Assembly (NCBI GenBank): GCA_963545195.1
Contig: CAUUIA010000001.1
Span: 1-53,313, forward strand
Source: an uncultured Acholeplasmataceae bacterium
GTDB lineage: Bacteria > Bacillota_I > Bacilli_A > Acholeplasmatales > Acholeplasmataceae
Length of the DNA stretch: 53,313 nt
Direction of reading: 5' to 3'
Below are positions 17,376-28,459 of this stretch, piece after piece (the first letter of the stretch is position 1; each line of letters starts with the position of its first letter). The notes beneath the pieces are model-generated. The model saw nothing but the letters and a program-made list of their open reading frames with translations. It did not search any database and had not been told where the DNA came from. The translations under genes and the position numbers were made by a program.

Positions 17376-17834
17376 ATGAACATCAAAACTAATCTAGGAA
17401 GAATTCAAATTACTTTGCCAATTTTGGCAGTTGTAAGCAACATATTTTTAATTTTTATTGCTACCATTTCATTAATTTTTGCACGACAAGAGAATTTTCA
17501 TTACTCATATTTTAAATTTAATTTTGTGTATATTTTCTTCTTTTTGTCGTTTCTAACGTTTTTTTTCACAACTTTATTGTTAAATTTTACTGCACTAATT
17601 AAACAAAATTATTCAGCAGCTAATTTATTTACCTTATTAATTTTAGATTTACTCCTTGTATTTTTTCTGTTAGCATTTACTCTAATTACCAGTTTTTATA
17701 AAGTTAATTCCCTGAAACTAATTCCCTTAATAGTCTTCTTACCAATTTCAATTTTAGCAATCTTTTTTAACTTAATGCACCTAACTTTAGTGTCAATTCA
17801 TTTTTCTAGCGACTTAGCTGCAAATAAAAATTAA
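17376..17834 (+). CDS. Hypothetical integral membrane protein (about 4 TM segments)
   Basis: RBS AAGGAAGG. The ORF is highly hydrophobic and Phe/Leu-rich. No recognised domain. Confidence 0.55.
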   Translation: MNIKTNLGRIQITLPILAVVSNIFLIFIATISLIFARQENFHYSYFKFNFVYIFFFLSFLTFFFTTLLLNFTALIKQNYSAANLFTLLILDLLLVFFLLAFTLITSFYKVNSLKLIPLIVFLPISILAIFFNLMHLTLVSIHFSSDLAANKN

Positions 17835-17845
17835 ATTAATCTTTA

Positions 17846-17871
17846 AAACCAGGCTTTGCTTGGTTTTTTTA
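17846..17871 (+). terminator. Putative intrinsic terminator
   Basis: AAAACCAGG-CTTTG-CTTGGTTTT (one G-T pair) followed by a T-run. Confidence 0.6.
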
Positions 17872-17886
17872 TTAGTTTTTAATAAT

Positions 17887-17915
17887 TTGTCTTAAAAAAG
17901 CAAATAGTGTATACT
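17887..17915 (+). promoter_or_regulatory. Sigma-A type promoter of the S10-spc-alpha cluster
   Basis: TTGTCT (17887-17892), 17 nt spacer, TATACT (17910-17915). A ~130-nt leader containing hairpins follows, ending at the rpsJ RBS. Confidence 0.55.
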
Positions 17916-18047
17916 TATTAAGTATGTGCACACGCACAAAGGCTATGATATGTAAGGTTATTAAAACACAAATAGCCGTTGCTGTGTTTTAAACAATTTA
18001 CATGGAGCAAGCCTAATCTTAGAATTAGACGAAAGGAGACTTTAAAT

Positions 18048-18365
18048 ATGGCTGAAAAATCAAAAGGAACAGTAAGAATTACTCTTAAGTCATACGATCA
18101 CAAACTTATTGATCAAGCTGCGCTTAAGATAGTTGACGTTGTAACTAAAACTGGTGCCACTGTCGTAGGACCTGTGCCACTGCCAACTAAACGCGAAATT
18201 TTCACTGTACTTCGTTCACCACACGTTAACAAAACTGCTCGTGAACAATTTGAACGAAGAACTCACAAAAGATTGATCGTAATTGAAAAAATCGGTCAAA
18301 AAACCCTGCCGCAATTGTTTCAAACTGACTTACCATCAGGTGTAGATATTGCCCTAAAACAATAA
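18048..18365 (+). CDS. rpsJ: 30S ribosomal protein S10 (uS10)
   Basis: [25 protein letters not shown]...; AAAGGAGA RBS upstream of the ATG at 18048. The ORF-track TTG start at 17979 has no RBS. Confidence 0.95.
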   Translation: MAEKSKGTVRITLKSYDHKLIDQAALKIVDVVTKTGATVVGPVPLPTKREIFTVLRSPHVNKTAREQFERRTHKRLIVIEKIGQKTLPQLFQTDLPSGVDIALKQ

Positions 18366-18425
18366 TTTATACACACGAAACTGACAAAACAGACAAATTA
18401 TCGTAAACGATAGAAAGGAAAAATT

Positions 18426-19055
18426 ATGTCTAAAGGAATCTTAGGTAGAAAAATTGGAATGACTCAAATCTTTTCAGAAGATGGCAAGTTAATTCCAGTT
18501 ACCGTGTTAGATTGCGCTGACAACGTAGTGCTTCAACAAAAAACTATCGAAAAAGACGGATATGTTGCTACACAACTTGGTTGCCAATCAAAACGCGAAA
18601 GTCTTGCGAACAAACCAATTTTGGGACATGTTGCAAAAGCAAATACTGCTCCTAAGCGCTTCGTTAAAGAACTTAGGTTCAAACACAGCGCCTCAGAGCT
18701 AGCCAACCTTACTGTTGGTCAAACTGTAGAACCTACAATTTTTCAAGTAGGAGAATTAGTTGACGTGATTGGAATTACTAAAGGAAAAGGATTCCAAGGT
18801 TCAATTAAGAGACACGGCCAACGCCGTGGACCTGAAGCTCACGGTTCTCGCTACCACCGCGCACCTGGTTCAATGGGTGCCATCAAGGGAAATATGAAAG
18901 GAAAACCACTTCCTGGTCACATGGGACACGAACAAGTGACTATTCAAAACCTTGAAGTTATCAAAGTAGACAAAGAACAAGCACTACTTTTAGTAAAAGG
19001 TGCCGTTCCTGGTCCAAATAAAGGATTTGTTGTGGTTAAATCCGCTGTACGCTAA
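18426..19055 (+). CDS. rplC: 50S ribosomal protein L3 (uL3)
   Basis: N-terminus [14 protein letters not shown] and operon position. Confidence 0.97.
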   Translation: MSKGILGRKIGMTQIFSEDGKLIPVTVLDCADNVVLQQKTIEKDGYVATQLGCQSKRESLANKPILGHVAKANTAPKRFVKELRFKHSASELANLTVGQTVEPTIFQVGELVDVIGITKGKGFQGSIKRHGQRRGPEAHGSRYHRAPGSMGAIKGNMKGKPLPGHMGHEQVTIQNLEVIKVDKEQALLLVKGAVPGPNKGFVVVKSAVR

Positions 19056-19068
19056 AGGAGTTTAAATC

Positions 19069-19692
19069 ATGGAATATAAAGTATTAAACCAAAGCGGCAA
19101 AAAAGTAAAAACAATTGAGTTAAACGATTTTGTTTTTGGAATTGAGCCACATAAACAAGCACTTTACGACGTTGTTCGTGCACAACGCCTTGCGATGCAA
19201 CAAGGAACACACCTTGTTAAAAACCGTTCAATGGTATCAGGTGGTGGACGTAAACCTTATAAACAAAAAGGAACTGGTAGAGCCCGACAAGGTTCTCGCC
19301 GTGCTGTTCAATTTGTTGGAGGCGGAGTAGCATTCGGTCCACAAGTTCGCGAATACGACATTAAAATCAACAAAAAAGTTCGCCAACTTGCCCTTCGCTC
19401 AGCGCTTTCTCAACACGTTCAACGTGGCACTTTAGTGTTAGTAGACAAAGTATCTCTGCCTGAAGTTAAAACTAAACTATTTGCCCAAATTTTAGAAAGT
19501 CTAAAACTTGACCGCAAAGTTCTATATGTAGACAGCGAGTTTGAGCCAAATGTTGTCTTAAGCGCACGTAATTTGAGTCAAATTACTGTCATGAACGAAC
19601 CTAGCCACACTTCTGTATATGACTTGCTTGACGCTAAATACTTACTACTTACAGTTAGTGCTGCTAAAGAATTTGAGGAGGCGTTATGTTAA
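19069..19692 (+). CDS. rplD: 50S ribosomal protein L4 (uL4)
   Basis: SGGGRKPYKQKGTGRARQGS motif and operon position. Confidence 0.97.
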   Translation: MEYKVLNQSGKKVKTIELNDFVFGIEPHKQALYDVVRAQRLAMQQGTHLVKNRSMVSGGGRKPYKQKGTGRARQGSRRAVQFVGGGVAFGPQVREYDIKINKKVRQLALRSALSQHVQRGTLVLVDKVSLPEVKTKLFAQILESLKLDRKVLYVDSEFEPNVVLSARNLSQITVMNEPSHTSVYDLLDAKYLLLTVSAAKEFEEALC

Positions 19693-19988
19693 ATTTAACT
19701 AAAATTAAACAATTTGATATTTTAGTTGAACCTATTATCACTGAAAAATCAAACAAGTTAATTGAAGCCTCAAACTCATACACTTTCCGTGTAAAAAAAG
19801 ACGCAACTAAACCAGAAATTAAGGCTGCTGTTGAATCTATTTTTAAAGTAACTGTCTTGAAAGTAAGAACTGTGATTTCTCCTGCTAAGAAAAAAACAGT
19901 TGGACGCTACCAGGGAATGGTATCTGCTTTCAAAAAAGCCATCGTTACTCTAAAAGAAGGCGACAAGATTGCTGAGTTTACAATTTAG
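19686..19988 (+). CDS. rplW: 50S ribosomal protein L23 (uL23)
   Basis: PIITEKS motif and operon position. Overlaps the rplD end. Confidence 0.95.
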   Translation: MLNLTKIKQFDILVEPIITEKSNKLIEASNSYTFRVKKDATKPEIKAAVESIFKVTVLKVRTVISPAKKKTVGRYQGMVSAFKKAIVTLKEGDKIAEFTI

Positions 19989-20003
19989 TGAAAGGAGTAA
20001 ATG

Positions 20004-20840
20004 ATGAAAATTAAGAACTATAAACCTACTACTAACGGACGTCGCAACATGTCTGTTATCGATTACTCTGAACTTTCAAAAGTTGCTCCAGAAAAATCAT
20101 TGCTTACTACTTTGAAAAAAACTGGTGGCCGCAATAACCAAGGAACTATCACTGTTCGCCACATCGGTGGTGGAGTTCGCCGTAAATACCGTATTATTGA
20201 CTTTAAGAGAAACAAAGACGATATAGAAGCAGTAGTTAAGACTATTGAGTACGACCCAAACCGCTCTGCAAATATCGCACTAGTCACTTACAAGGACGGC
20301 GAAAAACGCTATATCTTGGCGTGTGAAGACTTAAAAATCGGCCAAGTTATTCAAAGTGGCGAAAACGCCGATATCAAAGTCGGAAATGCACTTCCACTTG
20401 GTAAAATCCCAGTTGGTACATTTGTTCACAACGTTGAGTTAAAACCTGGTAAAGGTGGACAAATCGCGCGTTCAGCGGGGACTTCTGTCCAAATTCTTGG
20501 CCGCGAGGAGAAATACGTGCTACTTCGTCTGCAAAGTGGTGAAATGCGCAAAGTCTTGGCAACTTGCCGTGCAACTATCGGTGTAGTTGGCAACTCTCAA
20601 CACGAACTAGTTGTTCTTGGTAAAGCAGGTCGCGTTCGCTTAATGGGTGTGAAACCCCACGTTCGTGGTACTGCGATGAACCCAGTTGACCACCCTCACG
20701 GTGGTGGTGAAGGACGTACCCCAATTGGTCGTAAACAACCACTTACTAAATGGGGTAAGAAAACTCGTGGAGTTAAGACACGCGATCCTAAAAAAGCATC
20801 TAACAAACTTATTGTTAACCGTAGAAAAGGAGGAAAATAA
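20004..20840 (+). CDS. rplB: 50S ribosomal protein L2 (uL2)
   Basis: [13 protein letters not shown]...[16 protein letters not shown]. Two adjacent ATGs (20001, 20004); the second has better spacing from GGAG. Confidence 0.97.
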   Translation: MKIKNYKPTTNGRRNMSVIDYSELSKVAPEKSLLTTLKKTGGRNNQGTITVRHIGGGVRRKYRIIDFKRNKDDIEAVVKTIEYDPNRSANIALVTYKDGEKRYILACEDLKIGQVIQSGENADIKVGNALPLGKIPVGTFVHNVELKPGKGGQIARSAGTSVQILGREEKYVLLRLQSGEMRKVLATCRATIGVVGNSQHELVVLGKAGRVRLMGVKPHVRGTAMNPVDHPHGGGEGRTPIGRKQPLTKWGKKTRGVKTRDPKKASNKLIVNRRKGGK

Positions 20841-21121
20841 TGTCTCGTTCAATTAAAAAAGGACCTTATTGTGAATATACACTACTTGCAAAAATTGAAA
20901 AAATGGCAAAAGCAGGCGAAAAGAAAGTTATTCAAACCTGGTCTCGCCGTTCCACTATTTTCCCAATTTTCGTAGGGTTCACTCTAGCCGTGCACAACGG
21001 AAAAGAACACGTGCCTATCTATATTACTGAAGACATGGTTGGCCACAAACTAGGTGAGTTCGTGCCAACTCGCACATTTAGAGGACACACCAAAGCCGAC
21101 AAACGCGCGGCTGCTAAATAA
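20840..21121 (+). CDS. rpsS: 30S ribosomal protein S19 (uS19)
   Basis: [10 protein letters not shown]...[24 protein letters not shown]. Confidence 0.97.
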   Translation: MSRSIKKGPYCEYTLLAKIEKMAKAGEKKVIQTWSRRSTIFPIFVGFTLAVHNGKEHVPIYITEDMVGHKLGEFVPTRTFRGHTKADKRAAAK

Positions 21122-21135
21122 GGTTGGTGAAATTT

Positions 21136-21477
21136 ATGGAAAAACAAGCAAAAGCAATCGTACACGACGCCAAAGTTACACCACGCAAAGCCAAATTAGT
21201 CATCGACTTAATTCGTGGCGCAAATGTCAAGGAAGCCTTGGCTTACCTTCAATTTACTAACCGCAAAGCATCACCAATTGTCAAAGAGTGCTTAAAGTCT
21301 GCAATCGCGAATGCAGTTAACAACTTAAAGTTAGACCAAACTAAGTTGTATGTCAAAGAATGCTTCGCAACTGAAGGTCTAAAAATGAAGAGAATGTTGC
21401 CACGTGCCAAAGGTTCTGGTGACACAATTGTCAAAAGACGTAGCCACATTACTGTAGTTGTGGCTGAAAGGGGATAA
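21136..21477 (+). CDS. rplV: 50S ribosomal protein L22 (uL22)
   Basis: [28 protein letters not shown]. The ATG at 21136 is preferred over the TTG at 21124. Confidence 0.95.
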   Translation: MEKQAKAIVHDAKVTPRKAKLVIDLIRGANVKEALAYLQFTNRKASPIVKECLKSAIANAVNNLKLDQTKLYVKECFATEGLKMKRMLPRAKGSGDTIVKRRSHITVVVAERG

Positions 21478-21479
21478 GA

Positions 21480-22235
21480 ATGGGTCAAAAAGTTAGTCCA
21501 GTCGGTCTGAGAACCGGAATTATTCGAAACTGGGAATCTCGTTGGTATGCAGACAAAAAACTCGTACCTGCTTACATCAAAGAAGACTTCCTAATTCGCA
21601 AAGCCATTAAAACTTATCCTGAATACAAAGAAGCGCTTATTTCTTCAATAGAAATCGAACGCTACAAAGGCAAAGAAAAAGACAAGGTTAGAATTCGCCT
21701 GTACACAGCCAAACCAGGGCTAGTAATTGGTACTAACGCCGAAACTCGCGCCAAAGTTATCAAAGCCCTTGAAAAAATCACTAAAAAAGACGTGATTTTA
21801 AATGTTGTTGAAGTTAAACGCTCAGAACGCAGTGCAGAAATCGTGGCGCAATCTATCGCTACCCAACTTGAAAACCGTGCGTCTTTTCGTCGTGTGCAAA
21901 AAATGGCAATTCAGCGAGCTCTGAAAGCTGGAGCCTTGGGCTGCAAAACTCTAATCTCTGGTCGTCTAGGTGGCGCTGAAATGGCGCGCTCAGAAGGATA
22001 CTCAGAAGGCCGCGTGCCTCTACAAACCCTTAAAGCAGACGTAGACTACGCAACTGCAGAGGCCAATACTACTTACGGTATTCTTGGTGTTAAAGTCTGG
22101 ATTTACAACGGAGACGTTAATAAAGGCGAAACACGCGAAGAGAAAATCAAGGCATACGAAGACGCTGCACCTGAACGCAGACCAAGATTTAAAAAACCAG
22201 GTCAAAGACCTGCTCGTCCAAACGGAGGTAAATAG
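21480..22235 (+). CDS. rpsC: 30S ribosomal protein S3 (uS3)
   Basis: MGQKVSPVGLRTGIIRNWESRWYA. Confidence 0.97.
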   Translation: MGQKVSPVGLRTGIIRNWESRWYADKKLVPAYIKEDFLIRKAIKTYPEYKEALISSIEIERYKGKEKDKVRIRLYTAKPGLVIGTNAETRAKVIKALEKITKKDVILNVVEVKRSERSAEIVAQSIATQLENRASFRRVQKMAIQRALKAGALGCKTLISGRLGGAEMARSEGYSEGRVPLQTLKADVDYATAEANTTYGILGVKVWIYNGDVNKGETREEKIKAYEDAAPERRPRFKKPGQRPARPNGGK

Positions 22236-22238
22236 TTT

Positions 22239-22652
22239 ATGTTAATGCCCAAAAGAACTAAATATCGCCGTCCACATCGTGTGTCTTACGAAGGTGTTGC
22301 TAAAGGTAGAAACGAAGTTATCAACGGAGACTTTGCACTGCAAGCCCTTGAAGGTTCATACATTACCTCTCAGCAAATAGAGGCTGCTCGTATCGCGATG
22401 ACCAGACACATGAAAAGACTTGGTCAAGTTTGGATTAACATCTTTCCGCACATGTCTCGCACCAAGAAACCTCTCGAAGTGCGTATGGGTTCCGGAAAAG
22501 GTGCGCCAGACCACTGGGTTGCGGTAGTTAAACAAAACAAAATTATGTTTGAAGTAGCCGGAGTTGCCGAAGAAATCGCACGCGAAGCGCTTCGCTTGGC
22601 TTCACACAAACTACCAATTAAATCAAAAATCGTGAAAAAGGAGGTTAAATAA
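22239..22652 (+). CDS. rplP: 50S ribosomal protein L16 (uL16)
   Basis: [11 protein letters not shown]... Confidence 0.97.
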   Translation: MLMPKRTKYRRPHRVSYEGVAKGRNEVINGDFALQALEGSYITSQQIEAARIAMTRHMKRLGQVWINIFPHMSRTKKPLEVRMGSGKGAPDHWVAVVKQNKIMFEVAGVAEEIAREALRLASHKLPIKSKIVKKEVK

Positions 22653-22654
22653 AC

Positions 22655-22855
22655 ATGAAAAAGATGCAAGAACTTAGAAAATACACAGACCTTGAAATTG
22701 AAAGCAAAATTTTTGAGTTAAAGCAAGAAATATTTAACCTACGTTTCAAACAAGCAACAGGGCAACTTACAGACACAGCCCGCGTTAAAAAAGCCCGCAA
22801 ACAAATCGCTCGACTTTACACTATTTTAACCGAGCGCAAATCAACAAAGGAGTAG
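22655..22855 (+). CDS. rpmC: 50S ribosomal protein L29 (uL29)
   Basis: Size (66 aa), ELKQEIFNLRFKQATGQL motif and operon position. Confidence 0.95.
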   Translation: MKKMQELRKYTDLEIESKIFELKQEIFNLRFKQATGQLTDTARVKKARKQIARLYTILTERKSTKE

Positions 22856-22861
22856 TCAACA

Positions 22862-23125
22862 ATGGAAAGAGAAACTAAAAGAAAAGTTTTCCGTGGTAAA
22901 GTTGTTTCAGATAAAATGGATAAAACTATAGTTGTCGTTGTTGACACTTATAAAAACGATCCACTTTACAACAAACGCTTCAAGGTATCTAAGAAATTCC
23001 ACGTTCACGATGAACAAAACGAATGCAAAATTGGCGATATCGTGGCGTTTGCAGAAACCCGCCCACTTTCTCGCACTAAGTCATTTAGACTAATTAAAGT
23101 GCTTGAAAAAGCAGTGGTAATTTAG
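22862..23125 (+). CDS. rpsQ: 30S ribosomal protein S17 (uS17)
   Basis: [19 protein letters not shown]...[15 protein letters not shown]. Confidence 0.95.
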   Translation: MERETKRKVFRGKVVSDKMDKTIVVVVDTYKNDPLYNKRFKVSKKFHVHDEQNECKIGDIVAFAETRPLSRTKSFRLIKVLEKAVVI

Positions 23126-23143
23126 TTTGAGAGGTGAAGCGAA

Positions 23144-23512
23144 ATGATTCAACAAGAAACTAGATTACTAGTCGCAGACAACACAGGAGCGAAGGAAGTT
23201 TTAGTAATTAAAATTCCTGGTGGAACTCGCCACCGTTATGCAAATATTGGCGATCTTGTGGTTGTAACTGTGAAAAAAGCAACTCCTGGCGGAGTTGTTA
23301 AAAAAGGTGACGTTTGCAAGGCTGTGGTTGTCAGAACTAAAGACGGCCTGAGAAGAGCAGACGGTTCATATATTAAATTTGGTGAAAACGCAGTTGTATT
23401 GGTCAAAGAAGACAAGACCCCTCGTGGAACTCGTATTTTTGGACCGATTGCTCGTGAGCTTAGAGACAACAATTACACTAAAATCTTGTCTTTAGCACCA
23501 GAAGTTTTATAA
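23144..23512 (+). CDS. rplN: 50S ribosomal protein L14 (uL14)
   Basis: [18 protein letters not shown]... Confidence 0.97.
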   Translation: MIQQETRLLVADNTGAKEVLVIKIPGGTRHRYANIGDLVVVTVKKATPGGVVKKGDVCKAVVVRTKDGLRRADGSYIKFGENAVVLVKEDKTPRGTRIFGPIARELRDNNYTKILSLAPEVL

Positions 23513-23530
23513 AAAGGAGGAATTTGTTAA

Positions 23531-23866
23531 ATGTATATCAAAACTGGAGACAAAGTTGCCATCATTGCTGGCAAAGACAAGTTCACTACCGATAAAAAAG
23601 GTGTTAAAACTCGCACAACTGGCCGCGTTATCCAAGTACTTAGAGACAAACAAATGGTTGTCGTTGAAGGCGTGAATATCGCCAAAATTGCCAAAAAACC
23701 TAACCAAAATAGCGAAAAAGGTCAAATAATTTCTAAACCTATGCCAATTCACGTCTCAAATGTGGCCTTAATTGACCCCAAAACCCAAAAACCTACCCGT
23801 GTTTCTTTTAAAGAAGAAAACGGCAAAAAGGTGCGTATCGCTAAATCTGGCGACGCGATTAAATAA
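23531..23866 (+). CDS. rplX: 50S ribosomal protein L24 (uL24)
   Basis: KOW-type N-terminus [17 protein letters not shown] and operon position. Confidence 0.95.
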   Translation: MYIKTGDKVAIIAGKDKFTTDKKGVKTRTTGRVIQVLRDKQMVVVEGVNIAKIAKKPNQNSEKGQIISKPMPIHVSNVALIDPKTQKPTRVSFKEENGKKVRIAKSGDAIK

Positions 23867-23877
23867 GGAGCAGGCAA

Positions 23878-24420
23878 ATGACTTCAAGATTAAAACAACA
23901 CTACATAAAAAAAGCAATCCCTGCTTTAATTAAAGAGTTTAAGTACTCATCTGTCATGCAAGTGCCTAAACTTGAAAAAATCGTGATTAACGTCGGAGCA
24001 GGAGATGCTGCTCAAAACTCCAAAGTTATTGAAGATATCGTCAAAGAAGTTGGCCAAATCGCAGGACAACGCCCAGTTGTTACTCGTGCGCGTAAATCAA
24101 TTTCTAACTTCAAACTAAGAGAAAATATGCCAATTGGTGTTAAAGTCACTCTGCGTGGTGAGAAAATGTATCACTTTTTAGATAAACTAATTTCAATTTC
24201 TCTACCTAGAGTTCGCGACTTTAGAGGAGTTTCTAAAACCGCGTTTGATGGTCGTGGAAACTATACCCTTGGTGTTAAAGAGCAACTAATTTTCCCAGAA
24301 ATTAGATTTGACGATATTAAAAAAATTCGTGGTATGGACGTAGTTTTAGTAACTACTGCTAAAACCAACGAAGAGGCATTTAGTTTACTTAAAAACTTAG
24401 GCATGCCTTTTGCTAAATAG
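23878..24420 (+). CDS. rplE: 50S ribosomal protein L5 (uL5)
   Basis: RLKQHY...[15 protein letters not shown]... Confidence 0.97.
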   Translation: MTSRLKQHYIKKAIPALIKEFKYSSVMQVPKLEKIVINVGAGDAAQNSKVIEDIVKEVGQIAGQRPVVTRARKSISNFKLRENMPIGVKVTLRGEKMYHFLDKLISISLPRVRDFRGVSKTAFDGRGNYTLGVKEQLIFPEIRFDDIKKIRGMDVVLVTTAKTNEEAFSLLKNLGMPFAK

Positions 24421-24433
24421 AGGACTCAAACTT

Positions 24434-24703
24434 ATGGCTAAAAAATCAAAAATTAATGCAAATAACAAAAAACTAGAAGTCTATCTACGCTATCAAGAAC
24501 GTGCTCGCGAACTGAAGGCTAACAAAGACTATTTAGCACTACAAAAATTGCCAAGAAACGCATCGCTTTGCCGTTATCGCAACCGTTGCCAAATTGACGG
24601 TCGTCCACACGGTTTCATTCGTAAATTTGGAATTTCTCGTAATAACTTTCGCAAAATGGCAGCAGCAGGACTGTTGCCTGGCGTAAAAAAAGCCAGCTGG
24701 TAG
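24434..24703 (+). CDS. rpsN: 30S ribosomal protein S14 (uS14), long 89-aa form
   Basis: MAKKSKI...[11 protein letters not shown]. The ATG at 24434 is preferred over the TTG at 24410. Confidence 0.95.
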   Translation: MAKKSKINANNKKLEVYLRYQERARELKANKDYLALQKLPRNASLCRYRNRCQIDGRPHGFIRKFGISRNNFRKMAAAGLLPGVKKASW

Positions 24704-24715
24704 AAGGAGGCATTT

Positions 24716-25111
24716 ATGGTATCAGATACAATTGCAGATATGTTAACTCGCATTCGTAATGCGAACAGACAACACAAATTAAGCGTAAATGTTCCACATT
24801 CTACTGAAAAAGAACGTATTTTAAAAGTCTTAAAATCAGAAGGTTTTATCGCTTCTTACGCTGTTTTTCAAGAAGGCGTGGCTAAAAACATGAACGTTGA
24901 ACTAAAATACTCAGAAGACAAGGAACTTGTAATTCACGGACTTCGCCGTGTCTCTAAACCAGGTCTAAGAGTATACTCAAGCAAAGAAGAACTACCTCGT
25001 GTCTTTAATGGACTTGGAATTGCCGTAATTTCAACCTCTAAAGGCATTATGTCAGACCGCCAAGCGAGAAAAGCAGGTCTAGGTGGCGAAGTTCTTTGCT
25101 ATGTGTGGTAG
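24716..25111 (+). CDS. rpsH: 30S ribosomal protein S8 (uS8)
   Basis: SDTIADMLTRIRNA... Confidence 0.97.
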   Translation: MVSDTIADMLTRIRNANRQHKLSVNVPHSTEKERILKVLKSEGFIASYAVFQEGVAKNMNVELKYSEDKELVIHGLRRVSKPGLRVYSSKEELPRVFNGLGIAVISTSKGIMSDRQARKAGLGGEVLCYVW

Positions 25112-25125
25112 GAGGAAGAAAGTCT

Positions 25126-25665
25126 ATGTCTAGAATTGGAAATAAAACTATCTTAGTTCCGCAAGGCGTGACAGTTTCTGTCTCTCCTGAAAACTACACA
25201 GTAGTCAAAGGTCCACACGGTGAACTAAAGACTCAGTTTTCTCAAATCTTAAAGATTGTGCAAACTGACAACCAAATTCAAATTACTCGTCCAAACGACG
25301 AGAAGACCACTAAACAACTACACGGAACCACTAGAGCCTTGCTTGCCAATATGGTGCAAGGTGTACACCAACCTTTTCAAAAAGAACTTGACATTATTGG
25401 TGTTGGATATAAAGCAAACTCAGTTAACGGTAAGTTAAATCTTGCCCTTGGGTTTTCTCATCCCGTGGAAATTGAAGTGCCAAAAGGTTTAGTGTGCGAA
25501 ACTCCAAGTCCAGTTAAAATCATTATCAAAGGTATTGACAAGGAACTAGTTGGTGAGTTTGCAGCGCGCGTACGCCTACTTAAAAAACCAGAACCATATA
25601 AAGGAAAAGGTATCCGCTATACAGGTGAACACGTTCGCCAAAAAGCCGGAAAAACCGCTAAATAA
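25126..25665 (+). CDS. rplF: 50S ribosomal protein L6 (uL6)
   Basis: [15 protein letters not shown]... The ATG at 25126 follows GGAGGAAG. Confidence 0.97.
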   Translation: MSRIGNKTILVPQGVTVSVSPENYTVVKGPHGELKTQFSQILKIVQTDNQIQITRPNDEKTTKQLHGTTRALLANMVQGVHQPFQKELDIIGVGYKANSVNGKLNLALGFSHPVEIEVPKGLVCETPSPVKIIIKGIDKELVGEFAARVRLLKKPEPYKGKGIRYTGEHVRQKAGKTAK

Positions 25666-25676
25666 GGAGGACGTCT

Positions 25677-26027
25677 ATGATTTTAAAAATTTCCAAAAAC
25701 GAATCTCGCTTGTCAAGACACGAACGTGTCAGAAAATCAGTTTCAGGTACTTCTCTTCGTCCTCGCCTATCTTTATACCGTTCAAATACCCATATCTATG
25801 TCCAAATTATTGACGACACAAAAGGCCATACCTTGGTTGCTGCCAACACCAAAGAACTAAAACTTGGCAAAAACTTAGCGGCAGCCGAAGCCCTTGGTAC
25901 AGCAATTGCCAAAAAAGCACTTAAAGCTAAAATCAAAGCAGTTGTTTTTGACCGCTCAGGTTATCTATACGCAGGTCGTGTTAAAGCCCTTGCCGAAGCC
26001 GCTAGAACTGCTGGACTTGAGTTTTAA
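25677..26027 (+). CDS. rplR: 50S ribosomal protein L18 (uL18)
   Basis: [12 protein letters not shown]...[18 protein letters not shown]. Confidence 0.97.
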   Translation: MILKISKNESRLSRHERVRKSVSGTSLRPRLSLYRSNTHIYVQIIDDTKGHTLVAANTKELKLGKNLAAAEALGTAIAKKALKAKIKAVVFDRSGYLYAGRVKALAEAARTAGLEF

Positions 26028-26038
26028 AGGAGTAAATT

Positions 26039-26536
26039 ATGTACGATAAATTTGAAAAAGAAGAAAAAGAATTTGACGAAAAAGTCGTTCATATTGGCCG
26101 CGTTACTAAAGTCGTTAAAGGTGGACGTCGTTTCCGCTTCTCAGCGCTTGTAGTTGTTGGAAACCACAAAGGCAAAGTGGGTTTTGGAACAGGTAAAGCC
26201 AACGAAGTTCCAGACGCTATTAAAAAAGCGATTGAACAAGCTAAACAAAACCTAATTACTGTGCCAATTGTGAACAACACCATCCCTCACTACATTGAAG
26301 GAATTTACGGATCTGGACATGTAGTCCTTAGACCAGCCTCAGACGGTACCGGAATTGTTGCCGGTGGTGCGGTTCGTGCAGTGTGTGAACTAACCGGTGT
26401 TTCTAACATCTTGTCTAAATCTCTTGGTTCTCGCACACCTATTAACATGATTAGAGCAACTTTTGAAGGTTTTAAACTACTTAAAACTAAAGAAGAAATC
26501 GCTCGTCTACGTGGCGTGGAGGTAAAAAGCTTATGA
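26039..26536 (+). CDS. rpsE: 30S ribosomal protein S5 (uS5)
   Basis: [27 protein letters not shown]. Ends in TGA, showing that TGA is a stop codon here. Confidence 0.97.
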   Translation: MYDKFEKEEKEFDEKVVHIGRVTKVVKGGRRFRFSALVVVGNHKGKVGFGTGKANEVPDAIKKAIEQAKQNLITVPIVNNTIPHYIEGIYGSGHVVLRPASDGTGIVAGGAVRAVCELTGVSNILSKSLGSRTPINMIRATFEGFKLLKTKEEIARLRGVEVKSL

Positions 26537-26712
26537 AACTAAAAGTTGTGCTAAGACGTTCTTTAATCGGACGTTTACCACGTCAAGTTAAAACTGCCGA
26601 AACTTTGGGCCTAAAGCGCATCAACGACGAAGCAGTTTTAGAAGACAACGCTGTAAACCAAGGCAAAATCAAAACTATTGCTCACTTGGTTGAAGTCAAG
26701 GAAGCGAAATAA
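26533..26712 (+). CDS. rpmD: 50S ribosomal protein L30 (uL30), 59 aa (below ORF-track cutoff)
   Basis: Hand translation gives [59 protein letters not shown]. The ATG overlaps the rpsE stop (ATGA). Lies in the canonical position between rpsE and rplO. Confidence 0.9.
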   Translation: MKLKVVLRRSLIGRLPRQVKTAETLGLKRINDEAVLEDNAVNQGKIKTIAHLVEVKEAK

Positions 26713-26726
26713 GGAGGCCTTTGTTT

Positions 26727-27158
26727 ATGCTTAACGAACTTAAAAACTTACGCCCACGTCCAGACAAGAAACGACTAGGCCGTGGAATTGGCTCTGGAAC
26801 CGGAAAAACCTCTGGTAAAGGCCACAAAGGTCAAAACGCGCGTTCTGGTGGCGGCACTCGCCCAGGCTTTGAAGGTGGACAACTTCCACTATTTCAACGT
26901 TTGCCAAAACGTGGTTTTCACTCACTTAACCAAACTAAAAATGCAATCGTTTCACTATCTGCTTTAAACTGCTTTGAGCCAGAAACTGTGGTTACAGTTG
27001 ACCTGCTTTTAGAAAAAGGTCTTATTTCTAAACCTTTTAAAGCAGTTAAAGTCCTAAACGGTGAGCTTACTCAAAAACTAACTTTAAAAGTTCACCAAAT
27101 CTCTAAATCTGCCTTAACTAAACTCCAAGAACTTGGCGGCACATTTGAGGCAATTTAA
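26727..27158 (+). CDS. rplO: 50S ribosomal protein L15 (uL15)
   Basis: [10 protein letters not shown]...[26 protein letters not shown] lies 9 nt upstream of the ATG at 26727. Confidence 0.97.
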   Translation: MLNELKNLRPRPDKKRLGRGIGSGTGKTSGKGHKGQNARSGGGTRPGFEGGQLPLFQRLPKRGFHSLNQTKNAIVSLSALNCFEPETVVTVDLLLEKGLISKPFKAVKVLNGELTQKLTLKVHQISKSALTKLQELGGTFEAI

Positions 27159-27160
27159 CA

Positions 27161-28459
27161 ATGAATAGAGTCAAAAGAATTTTATCCAATAAACAAATTC
27201 TGCAAAGATTTATCTTTACACTTGCTCTACTTTTAGCACTCAGAGTGATGTCTTTCATTCCGATGCCGCTTGTTAACGTAGACGCAATTCGCAACCTATT
27301 TGAAAATGGACTTGGATTCTTTGCGATTTTAAATAACTTTTCAGGAAGATCACTTGAACGCTTTTCTTTCCTGGCAATGGGAATCTCTCCCTATATTACG
27401 GCCTCTATCGTCACTCAACTTCTGCCAATGGTAGTGCCTACTTTCAAAGAATGGCAAGAACAAGGTGAAGAAGGTCGCTACAAAATTAACAAAATTAACC
27501 GAGTACTGGCAATTGCAATTGCTTTTGTCCAAGGTATTTCGCTTGTCCTTTCTTTCTCAGCGGGCCGCGGAACTCAGTTTTTCGTAGGGTTCTCTGGCAA
27601 CATCGGTATGGCGATGATCTACATAGGGCTAACTATTGCTGCTGGTACCGCGATTTGTATTTGGTTTGCCGATATGATTACCCAAAAAGGTATCGGAAAC
27701 GGCTCTTCAATGCTAATTACTGCCGGAATTATTATCTCAATTCCTTCAATGTTTAGCATGATGACCAAAAAATACATCACAGAAGCTACAAGCTGGACAC
27801 ACTACGTTAACTTCGTGGTAATTACTCTGCTTTATATAGCTATCATTCTAGGGGTAATATTCGTTGAAACCTCTAGCCGTAAAATCCCAATTCAACACGC
27901 CAACCGCCAAGCGCAATCAGACTCAAATATTCCAATTAAAGTCAACACTGGAAACGTGATGCCCGTGATTTTTGCCTCAACCTTGCTTGGTATCCCACAA
28001 ACTATTACCGGGTTTATCACTCAAAACTACTCATCTGGTGGCGGTTTTTGGGTTAACGAAATCTTTAACTTCCAAAGACCGATTGGCTACATTATCTATA
28101 TTCTGTTAATTATTGCTTTTTCGTTTTTCTACACCTTTATGCAGTTTGACCCTGAAAAAATTTCTGACAACTTATCTAAATCAAACGCCTATATCCCAGG
28201 AATTCGTCCAGGTGAAGACACTAAAGACTTTATTGCCAAGACTTTATTTAAAGTCAACGTGATTGGCACAATTTACTTAGTAATTATCTCTTCACTGCCA
28301 ATTTTAACCGCCGTAATTTTTGGCTTACAAGGTGCTGAGGCTTCAGCAATTACTCTAGGTGGTACATCACTACTAATCGTTGTTGGTGTGGCAATAGAAA
28401 CTACTAAACAAATTGAAACTGACGCTGAAAGCAATCAATATAGGGGGATTTTTGGTTAA
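27161..28459 (+). CDS. secY: Preprotein translocase subunit SecY
   Basis: 10-TM protein with LAMGISPYITASI and operon position. Confidence 0.97.
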   Translation: MNRVKRILSNKQILQRFIFTLALLLALRVMSFIPMPLVNVDAIRNLFENGLGFFAILNNFSGRSLERFSFLAMGISPYITASIVTQLLPMVVPTFKEWQEQGEEGRYKINKINRVLAIAIAFVQGISLVLSFSAGRGTQFFVGFSGNIGMAMIYIGLTIAAGTAICIWFADMITQKGIGNGSSMLITAGIIISIPSMFSMMTKKYITEATSWTHYVNFVVITLLYIAIILGVIFVETSSRKIPIQHANRQAQSDSNIPIKVNTGNVMPVIFASTLLGIPQTITGFITQNYSSGGGFWVNEIFNFQRPIGYIIYILLIIAFSFFYTFMQFDPEKISDNLSKSNAYIPGIRPGEDTKDFIAKTLFKVNVIGTIYLVIISSLPILTAVIFGLQGAEASAITLGGTSLLIVVGVAIETTKQIETDAESNQYRGIFG

